Origin: Halomicronema hongdechloris C2206
Lineage (GTDB): Bacteria > Cyanobacteriota > Cyanobacteriia > Phormidesmidales > Phormidesmidaceae
DNA: 32,000 bases
Assembly: GCF_002075285.3 (NCBI RefSeq)
Contig: NZ_CP021983.2
Span: 390,001-422,000 of the forward strand
Reading direction: 5' to 3'
Made by a program: the position numbers and the translations under genes. Numbering within the stretch: the stretch's first letter is position 1; each line of letters begins with the position of its first letter. Positions 18,424 through 25,131 of the stretch are shown here, in pieces. The notes below the pieces were generated by a model that worked only from the letters and a program-made list of their open reading frames with translations, was not told where the DNA came from and did not search any database.

Positions 18424-19821
18424 ATGTATCCCACCCCCACAGAGCGATTTGACGAGTTTATCAATCACCATCCAGAGAATAAGCTGGAGCTGATAAACGG
18501 TCAGCTGATTGTGGGCAACGCTCTGACAGGCAGTCGATTGCTACTGAGGCAAATTCTGCATGGATGGGGAGCTGAGGCCGCGATCGCCCTTGCTCCGACA
18601 GAAACTTGGCTCTCAGCGCTGGCTGCAAGCTACAATTTGACGCTTCCCAAGGCGACTTCTATCGAGGCACAACTCAACGCCTTGGAAGCACAGACGAAGG
18701 ACTTTGAGTTCACTCCAGAAGACTTATCGGCTGGGGGGACAGAGGCCACCTGGCCGCACCATCGAACGCGCCAAGCCTTGACGATGGCTTTGTTCCGGCT
18801 GGCTGGAAACGTCGGCGGACAGTCCCTAGGGCGGGACTTCGTCATGCGCCTGGGGGACAACGGGTTTACACCAGACTTGGTGTTTTTCAAAAATTCCGGA
18901 TTGAACCGGCTGTATGACGCTTTCATCAGTGGGCCAACAGAACTCGTCGTTGAAGTGCTGATGCCAGGGCACGAAGAGGCCGATTGCACTACTAAGTACG
19001 AGTCCTACCAAGCCGCCGGAGTACCTGAGTATTGGCTAATCGATCCGAGTGCGGAACAGGTGACGTTTTATCGACTCATAGAGGGTCGCTATCAGTTACA
19101 GTCGCCAGAGGCAGACGGCGCTTACCGCCCTAGCAGCATTCCAGGGTTAGCGTTTCGAGCGGCAGAGCTGTGGCAGGAAGAGGAGCCGCATCCGCTGGAG
19201 TCTTCGCTGTTTGTTGTGGAGCAGCGGGTCGAGGGATTTGAGCGGCAATCAGAGGACGAGGGACCCCATTGGGGATCGCTATTGTTTATTCCGAATATTC
19301 AGATCGATCCGGTGCCGATTAGCTTCGAGGAATTCATCAGTTGGGCTCCCAGAGCCAAATTTGAGTTTATCCAGGGAAAGCCGCTGATTGAATCGACCCC
19401 TGGTACGCGCAATGTGCTGGCGATGTTGTTAATGACCTTTGGTCTGGCCAGTGTGGTGAAGCTATTGCCACCCCAAGCTTGGATTCAGGGATTGCGGCAG
19501 CGTCTGGATTGGGAACGCCAGGATGCTGATCGCAAAGCCGAGTGGTGGGCGATCGCCCGTAAAGCAGCAGAGAAACTCCGCACTGATTTTTCGGTGGGGC
19601 GCTTGGGAGTCATTGGTGACTTGACGATGCCACAACCGTTGAATTATTGGTCGGGCATCACTCTAGTCTATTGGGAGAAACTGGAGAATTCCTGGCAAGC
19701 CTATGAGGTGCTCCGCGACATCGACCCGGATCGCCACATTGTTGATTTACGCCAAGTAGACGAGCGTTGGCTCACAGCGGATCAACTCTGGCAAATTGAC
19801 CGTTATCTAGTGGAGTTGTGA
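18424..19821 (+). CDS. Multi-domain Uma2-related protein (465 aa)
   Basis: Uma2 core TPDLVFF...ELVVEVLMPGHEEADCTTKYESYQAAGVPEYWLIDP. The N-terminal module FDEFINHHPENKLELINGQLIVG recurs at aa ~300 as FEEFISWAPRAKFEFIQGKPLIE. The gap to the preceding Uma2 gene is only 10 nt. Confidence 0.7.
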   Translation: MYPTPTERFDEFINHHPENKLELINGQLIVGNALTGSRLLLRQILHGWGAEAAIALAPTETWLSALAASYNLTLPKATSIEAQLNALEAQTKDFEFTPEDLSAGGTEATWPHHRTRQALTMALFRLAGNVGGQSLGRDFVMRLGDNGFTPDLVFFKNSGLNRLYDAFISGPTELVVEVLMPGHEEADCTTKYESYQAAGVPEYWLIDPSAEQVTFYRLIEGRYQLQSPEADGAYRPSSIPGLAFRAAELWQEEEPHPLESSLFVVEQRVEGFERQSEDEGPHWGSLLFIPNIQIDPVPISFEEFISWAPRAKFEFIQGKPLIESTPGTRNVLAMLLMTFGLASVVKLLPPQAWIQGLRQRLDWERQDADRKAEWWAIARKAAEKLRTDFSVGRLGVIGDLTMPQPLNYWSGITLVYWEKLENSWQAYEVLRDIDPDRHIVDLRQVDERWLTADQLWQIDRYLVEL

Positions 19822-19954
19822 TGGCGATGTTGCTGGCGCTGGTTATGGGCATTGCGTTCATCAGGTTTTCCACAGATTGACCTTCCACGAAACTAGTGAA
19901 CAGTAGTACGATCTAAGCGCTACCGAACTTGCTGAAGCTGGTGGTTAGTTTCTT

Positions 19955-20320
19955 CTAGGTCAAAGGCTTCAGCATCTTGGGATCGCCTGCCAGGTAGCCA
20001 ATGCCGCGATGAAGATGTAAGCGAAGTTGAGTGGCTAGGGTGTCGGGATCGGTGCCCAGGTGGTTGTCGTTGTGGCAGCGCTGTTTGAGGGCGATCAGGA
20101 GTTGATCGGCAATGGGACCGCCGAAGACTTGCCAGGTCATTTCCAGGTTGCTCTCGGCAGGGATGGGCACGGGGGAGGGGAGGGAGGGCTTGGCCAGAGA
20201 ACGGTAGAGGGCCCAGCGGCAGAGCACATTCCAAGTGGCAATCTTGGTGATCCGCTTTAGTTTGATGAGTTGGTCTTTGGCGGCTTGGGAGAGTTTGATG
20301 CGATCGACTGGGGGGTGCAT
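19955..20320 (-). CDS. dndE: DndE-like protein (DUF1832, DNA sulfur modification protein DndE family), solitary
   Basis: IKLSQAAKDQLIKLKRITKIATWNVLCRWALYRSLAKPSLP...QLRLHLHRGIGYL matches my memory of DndE. The overlapping 193-aa ORF (19920-20501) is P/S/H/R-rich and rejected. Confidence 0.6.
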   Translation of the reverse strand: MHPPVDRIKLSQAAKDQLIKLKRITKIATWNVLCRWALYRSLAKPSLPSPVPIPAESNLEMTWQVFGGPIADQLLIALKQRCHNDNHLGTDPDTLATQLRLHLHRGIGYLAGDPKMLKPLT

Positions 20321-20407
20321 GGTAAATGAGGGAGTAGATGGATTGATGGATGAATGGGGTCAGACGATTAGAATTGGTGTAGAGGATTGTCGAGCAAGGT
20401 TGCTGGC

Positions 20408-20989
20408 ATGATGTCTGGTCTGCCGATGGTTTTAAGTCTGGATCAGGTTGAATTGACGGATGAGCAATTCTACCGATTATGCCTGGCGAATCCGAATACA
20501 CCCCTGGAACGATCAGCTTCGGGAGCGTTGGTCATTATGTCACCCGTAGGGGGAGAAAGCGGGGAACGAGAAGCTGATTTGATCACAGACTTAGCGCTTT
20601 GGAATCGACAGATTAAATTAGGCAAGGTTTTTAGCTCATCGACGTTGTTCAAACTACCGGGAGGCGGGGATCGATCTCCTGATGCTGCTTGGATAGAAAA
20701 AACGCGTTGGAATGCATTATCTCCCGAAGAGAAAGCCGGGTTTCCACCGATATGCCCTGATTTCGTCATTGAGCTTCGTTCTAAAACGGATGCTTTGCCT
20801 CCTTTACGGGACAAGATGGAGGAGTATCTAGCCAGTGGTTTACGGTTGGGCTGGTTGATTAATCCCCAGGGACAAGAAGTCGAGGTTTATCGACCGGGGG
20901 CAATCGTCAAAAAAGTGCCCTTTCCAGCCCGTTTATCCGGGGAAGACGTCTTGCCGGGGTTTAAGCTGACTTGGCCTTTGCCGGATTAG
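20408..20989 (+). CDS. Uma2 (DUF820) family endonuclease
   Basis: GGESGEREADL...SPDAAWI...PDFVIELRSKTD...KMEEYLASGLRLGWLINP gives the Uma2 PD-(D/E)xK pattern. I take the first ATG, at 20408. Confidence 0.8.
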   Translation: MMSGLPMVLSLDQVELTDEQFYRLCLANPNTPLERSASGALVIMSPVGGESGEREADLITDLALWNRQIKLGKVFSSSTLFKLPGGGDRSPDAAWIEKTRWNALSPEEKAGFPPICPDFVIELRSKTDALPPLRDKMEEYLASGLRLGWLINPQGQEVEVYRPGAIVKKVPFPARLSGEDVLPGFKLTWPLPD

Positions 20990-21127
20990 AACTATTCGCT
21001 AAATTACCAGAAGTAGCCCTCTTTGACTTCGGTTTGTCTTGCTTTGGAAGCATATTCCAGTAGATACTCACGTGCGATCGCACTCTGTCATCATGGCTGT
21101 TTCAATGCTCCATCAATTGTAGCCACC

Positions 21128-21200
21128 CACCATCCCACTACCCCACCAGGGAAGCCGCTCCGCGTCTAGCACCTACCCTCCTAAAAGCTGCTCCGCATCT
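21128..21200 (+). repeat. Dispersed repeat, copy B
   Basis: Identical 25-nt core gggaagccgctccgcgtctagcacc at 21149-21173, followed by a diverged second half-unit taaaagctgctccgcatctac. Confidence 0.85.
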
Positions 21201-21246
21201 ACATCCAACTCTCCAGTAAGATGGTAGTAGCGTTGCTAAAGGCATA

Positions 21247-21474
21247 ATGCCTATGCCGTTGAACTCTGCGATGATTAGCGTTTCGCCCGATGTCATGGGT
21301 GGTACTCCGGTTTTTGTGGGAACTCGGGTTCCTGTCGAAACTCTCTTCGACTATCTCAAGGCTGGAGAGTCCGTTGACGATTTTTTAGAGGGGTTTCCTA
21401 CGGTGGCTAGGGAGCAAGTTATTGGACTCCTTGAAGAAGTAGGCAACCAATTGATTGGCTCTAAGGTTGCTTAG
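21247..21474 (+). CDS. DUF433 domain protein (putative antitoxin-like partner)
   Basis: SPDVMGGTPVFVGTRVPVETLFDYLKAGESVDDFLEGFP is typical of DUF433. Its stop lies 1 nt before the next start. Confidence 0.75.
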   Translation: MPMPLNSAMISVSPDVMGGTPVFVGTRVPVETLFDYLKAGESVDDFLEGFPTVAREQVIGLLEEVGNQLIGSKVA

Positions 21475-21475
21475 A

Positions 21476-21796
21476 ATGAGGCTCATTCTAGATGAGTGTC
21501 TTGACCGAAGGCTCGCCAGAGACCTTGCTGGCCATGAAGTCAAGACCGTTCCCCAGATGGGATGGGCCGGAATTAAGAATGGCCAACTGCTGCCCCTAGT
21601 CGAAGAACATTTTGATGTGTTTATCACGGTTGACCGAAACCTGGCATTTCAGCAGAATTTGCTGCAATTTAGTATTGCTGTCATTGTTTTGCAAGCTCGG
21701 TCGAACCGATTAGCGGACTTGCAACCTTTGGTACCCAACATCCTTGCTGTTCTACCCACAGCGCCAAAAGGAGAAGCCACGCTAGTTAGTGCATAA
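21476..21796 (+). CDS. DUF5615 / Mut7-C PIN-like protein
   Basis: The MRLILDECLDRRLARDL N-terminus and ...DVFITVDRNL match the DUF5615 PIN-like family that commonly follows DUF433. Confidence 0.7.
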   Translation: MRLILDECLDRRLARDLAGHEVKTVPQMGWAGIKNGQLLPLVEEHFDVFITVDRNLAFQQNLLQFSIAVIVLQARSNRLADLQPLVPNILAVLPTAPKGEATLVSA

Positions 21797-21825
21797 CCAT
21801 CACATTTCTACAATCTCACCGCCTC

Positions 21826-21876
21826 ACCATCCCACCACCCTACCCTCCGGGAAGCCGCTCCACGTCTAGCACCCTT
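21826..21876 (+). repeat. Dispersed repeat, copy C
   Basis: ccatcccaccaccctaccctccgggaagccgctccacgtctagcaccct has one mismatch in the 25-nt core (21849-21873). It starts 30 nt after the DUF5615 stop. Confidence 0.85.
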
Positions 21877-21929
21877 CACCCAACAGACTTGTTGTTTACT
21901 CGGTGGGTTTCCTCTGACACCATGTGGGC

Positions 21930-22157
21930 ATGGGAAAAGCGGGGAAAGTGCTCAGGCAGGTTTTGGAGGAGTACGACATCAGTCAGTACAGCCTACCGGT
22001 GACAATGGATATAGAATGGAATAACGTTTACCGCTGGGTGAATGAGAAGCGCGATCCAACTGCTGAAACGGTGGTCGAGATCGTTCGAGCGCTGAAAAAG
22101 CTTAATCCTGAAGCATCAAAGGCTTTTGTGCAGCAATATATGGGTGATGAGCAGTAG
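21930..22157 (+). CDS. Small helix-turn-helix (XRE-like) protein
   Basis: About 75 aa with ISQYSLPVTMDIEWNNVYRWVNEKRDPTAETV, which resembles an HTH_3-type DNA-binding domain. Confidence 0.5.
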   Translation: MGKAGKVLRQVLEEYDISQYSLPVTMDIEWNNVYRWVNEKRDPTAETVVEIVRALKKLNPEASKAFVQQYMGDEQ

Positions 22158-22203
22158 CCGCCTTGCTCGAAACTCAGCTTTAATCAGTGATCTGAAAAGC
22201 AAA

Positions 22204-22233
22204 GAGCGATCGCATGTCTCGATGCGATCGCTC
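22204..22233. terminator. 12-bp perfect hairpin built from two HIP1 copies
   Basis: gagcgatcgcat (22204-22215) pairs with atgcgatcgctc (22222-22233) around a 6-nt loop, 47 nt after the HTH gene stop. Confidence 0.4.
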
Positions 22234-22476
22234 CTCAAATCGATTTAGGGTTGCTCGAGAACCTAAGCAGCTGCTTGTCGCTCCCCAGAGGATTGGCTGG
22301 GCCGCCGCCGCTCAGACCGTCGAGTGCCGCCTGCCATCTCATATTCCGAACTCTTGCGGCCATAGACAAAGCGACTTGGGTTTACTGTTGAGTTGTTTCG
22401 GCGCGATCGCTTTCAGCTCTCCTACAGGTTTTGCTCAGAGGATTTGAAGCGATCGCTGGCAAAGAAAGACCCGGTG

Positions 22477-22803
22477 ATGGGGATGAAGCATGGCCGGGTG
22501 AGCCCGAATCTGGACCAGCACATGGCCGATGAGATGAATTGCAAAGGGAATTACTACTGCTCGCGGTTGAGGGCGGCGTGTGATTTTAGGATTGTGGATT
22601 TGCCGAGTGACGAGTTGGTGGCGTGGATTGTGGCGCAGGGATTGCCGTTCGACTCGCTGTATTTTTACGGGGCAGAGCGGCCCATTTATATCAGCTACGG
22701 GCCGCAGCATAAGCACGATATTTGGACTTTTACGGAAAAGGGAACGCCGACACGCAAGGGGCTGAAGGCGTGGCGCGATCGCCCCACATCAAGCAAGGGC
22801 TAA
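22477..22803 (+). CDS. Hypothetical protein
   Basis: The ORF reads protein-like from ATG 22477 (MGMKHGRVSPNLDQHMADEMNCKGNYYCSR...). I recognise no family. It overlaps the xisI stop by 4 nt, convergently. Confidence 0.4.
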   Translation: MGMKHGRVSPNLDQHMADEMNCKGNYYCSRLRAACDFRIVDLPSDELVAWIVAQGLPFDSLYFYGAERPIYISYGPQHKHDIWTFTEKGTPTRKGLKAWRDRPTSSKG

Positions 22804-23135
22804 CTAACGGCAAATTCGGTGAACTGACGCTTGAAGGGGGAGTGGAAACCCAGCACGATGTCGTGCTTAGGCACGCCTCGTTCCACAAGTTCGAGAGCAA
22901 TGCCGCCTTCGGTGCCGTCGTGCTGAATCCAGATTTTGCCGTCTTTGATGTCGAGGTGCAGCACGCAGCCGTAGACTCGGCGTTTATTGGACCAACCGAC
23001 GTGGACGACCTGGTAGCGATCGCGCTGGGTATCGAAAATTAGCTCAGTTTCTAGATCGGGGTTATTGAAGTCAACTTTGCTGTAGTCTTCCAGAAGGTCT
23101 TGGACGAGTTGACGGTAGCTGTCTACGCTTGCCAT
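22800..23135 (-). CDS. xisI: XisI protein
   Basis: YRQLVQDLLEDY...DRYQVVHVGW...YGCVLHLDIKDGKIWIQHDGTE...GVPKHDIVLGFH is the XisI family signature as I remember it. Confidence 0.85.
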   Translation of the reverse strand: MASVDSYRQLVQDLLEDYSKVDFNNPDLETELIFDTQRDRYQVVHVGWSNKRRVYGCVLHLDIKDGKIWIQHDGTEGGIALELVERGVPKHDIVLGFHSPFKRQFTEFAVS

Positions 23136-23539
23136 TTCACGATCACCTCCTCCTCTAGATCATAAATCAGTAATCTGACTTGATAGCGCTCAATCAACCT
23201 CCGAGGCAGCTCCAGCCGGAAGAACTCCCTTTCAGCATCAACTGGAATGGCTAGAAAAAGAGTGCGATCAGGCTCTTCTTCTTCTAGTGCAAGTTGATAT
23301 TTCAGAAATTGTCCTAAAGCGGCGTTGAATTCCGTCGTGGCTGAAGGGCCAATGAAACTTTTGATTTCGACGGCAATTTTCTCATCACCCCGATCAGCCG
23401 CAAGAATGCGCTCGGCCCCCAGGTCAACATACATATCGACCCCACCAAAACTGAGGAACAGCGGATCATGGGTGATGGTCCAACCGTCTTTTTCGAGGGC
23501 GCGCTTGGCAGCATTGTGGAAAATGTCTTTAGCGGCCAT
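23123..23539 (-). CDS. xisH: XisH protein
   Basis: AKDIFHNAAKRALEKDGWTITHDPL...YVDLGAERILAA...IAVEIKSF is typical of XisH. It overlaps xisI by 13 nt in the usual xisH-xisI order. Confidence 0.85.
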   Translation of the reverse strand: MAAKDIFHNAAKRALEKDGWTITHDPLFLSFGGVDMYVDLGAERILAADRGDEKIAVEIKSFIGPSATTEFNAALGQFLKYQLALEEEEPDRTLFLAIPVDAEREFFRLELPRRLIERYQVRLLIYDLEEEVIVKWQA

Positions 23540-23561
23540 TGTTTAGTCTCAGAACAAATGA

Positions 23562-23780
23562 CTAGCGTTTCCGCATCAGCGTGGTGGGATAGCAGTCAAT
23601 CACGAAGCTGCGCATGTAGCTCCCTTTTGAATCCGATTCCAGGAGTCCTTCATAGGTTTCTTTGGGAACTTCGGAGTATTGGTAGGTTTTTCCGGAGTTA
23701 AAGATAACCAGTAGGGTTTCGTTGTCTTCATCGTAGCCAAAGGCTTGAATCATGCTGGATTCCACAAACTGTAACTCCAT
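23562..23780 (-). CDS. KTSC domain-containing protein
   Basis: SSMIQAFGYDEDNETLLVIFNSGKTYQYSEVPKETYEGLLESDSKGSYMRSFV matches the KTSC domain pattern. Confidence 0.75.
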   Translation of the reverse strand: MELQFVESSMIQAFGYDEDNETLLVIFNSGKTYQYSEVPKETYEGLLESDSKGSYMRSFVIDCYPTTLMRKR

Positions 23781-23855
23781 CAGGCACAGACTCCCTTACG
23801 AAAATGCTAAGGGAATCTTGCGCTGGGGTGCGATCGCGAGTCAAGTGAGGCTTGC

Positions 23856-24044
23856 TCAATGGATTTGAAGCGGCGGCTGGTTGAGCACCAGCAATTCTGG
23901 AACCATGCCCCGGAGTTTCTGCTGTAGCTTGTCAAAGGACTCAGCTTCTGTGACGAGGCCAGGTACGTCTTCGCTAGTTGCGACCCAGACCGCTGCGTCA
24001 GCATCCCAAAAGGCATTGACCTGGAAAACGGTTGCTGATGTCAT
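23856..24044 (-). CDS. DUF1902 domain protein (HicB-like antitoxin fold family)
   Basis: FWDADAAVWVATSEDVPGLVTEAESFDKLQQKLRGMVPELLVLN matches DUF1902 as I remember it. Confidence 0.65.
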   Translation of the reverse strand: MTSATVFQVNAFWDADAAVWVATSEDVPGLVTEAESFDKLQQKLRGMVPELLVLNQPPLQIH

Positions 24045-24164
24045 CCAAATTCACCTGTTGTGAGGTTGGGTATATTTCTCAGTGTAGTCGGCGTTTACAA
24101 GCGATCGCGACCAGCTCAGCCAAGGACTAGCCAAAGATCAATTTGGTGAACTCGTTCAGGAGAT

Positions 24165-24314
24165 CTAACGTTTCCGCATGAGGGCGCAGGGATAACAGTC
24201 AATCATAAGGCTCCGCATGTAGCTGCCTTTAGAATCTGCTGCCAACAGTTCCTCATAGGTTTCTTGGGGAACCTCCGAATACTGGTAGGTTTTGCCGGAA
24301 TTGAAGATAACCAT
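24165..24314 (-). pseudogene. 5'-truncated second copy of the KTSC gene
   Basis: It translates to MVIFNSGKTYQYSEVPQETYEELLAADSKGSYMRSLMIDCYPCALMRKR*, collinear with the C-terminal 50 aa of the 23562-23780 protein. Nucleotide similarity ends abruptly near 24315. Confidence 0.8.
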
Positions 24315-24316
24315 GA

Positions 24317-24745
24317 GTCATGGGTAGGATGGGCAAAGCGCAGCGTGCCCATCAGACTCTCTGCCCAGTCAACAATTTGCCATCTCTATGGACTACCGAC
24401 GCGATTACGCAAGGGTTTTACCAAGCCGACTGGGGAACCCATGTGGAGGCTATTGCGGCTTTTGATGATATGGAATTGGAATAGCAAGGCGGAGCATGGT
24501 ATTCGAAGGGTTTGATGGGCACGGGCAGAGCCCTTTGCCCATCAAACTACTGGGACTGGCTCAACTACGACTATTATCAGCGTGAGCAGATTTGCTCGAT
24601 TGGTTCAGGCGCAGTTGAATCAGGCATTAAACAGATTGGTCGCCGCATCAAAATCTCGGGGGCTCAGTGGAGCGAAGACAACGTTCCACAAGTCTTAGCT
24701 CATCGCTGCACTTACCTAAATGGCATGATTGGGAAGCCAAGGTGA
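24317..24745 (+). pseudogene. Transposase remnant (C-terminal motif resembles ISKra4-type transposases) with an in-frame stop
   Basis: YYQREQICSIGSGAVESGIKQIGRRIKISGAQWSEDNVPQVLAHRCTYLNG (24512-24745) is a transposase C-terminal pattern. The same frame is open back to 24317 but is interrupted by TAG at 24482-24484. No N-terminal catalytic region is present. Confidence 0.5.
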
Positions 24746-25131
24746 CATGCTCCCGATACTTTGTGCGGTTTCTTGTATCGAAACCAACAATTTGCTAGTC
24801 GTCTGACAGTATAGGGACCAATCACACACCCTAAACAGTCCTAGAGAAAGGGCTTTCAGAGATCTCTTGACATATCTTTAGAAAAATAATTCTGATCCGG
24901 AATAGCAAGGTTCGGCTGTGTAGAGGAAAACAGCGATCAAAAATCTGCTGTTACAGATATTTCTAATCCTAACAGCCCGGACAATTTTCTAAGCAAGCCC
25001 TGAAACCCTGGATTTCTCGTTCGCTCGACTGCACTAGAGAGGGTTGAAAGCCGCATTCTGGTGTTAGCAGTCAAGAACTATCCGGAGCATTGTAATCCAA
25101 GTCAGAAGTCTATAGCCTACAGGTAATTGTC

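Noticed and set aside
19920-20501. 193-aa minus-strand ORF overlapping the DndE-like gene and the Uma2 start
   Set aside because: Its P/S/H/R/Q-rich composition has no motifs, and the alternative frame (19955-20320) gives a clean DndE-like protein.
22214-22447. 77-aa plus-strand ORF
   Set aside because: It lies in a HIP1-dense stretch and starts inside the HIP1 hairpin. Its composition is R/S/C-rich, and it has no RBS-like sequence or motif.
24869-24900. TTGACA hexamer as a possible -35 box for the kinase operon
   Set aside because: I could not find a convincing TAnnnT -10 element at 16-18 nt spacing. It lies about 260 nt upstream of the ATG, so I do not call a promoter.
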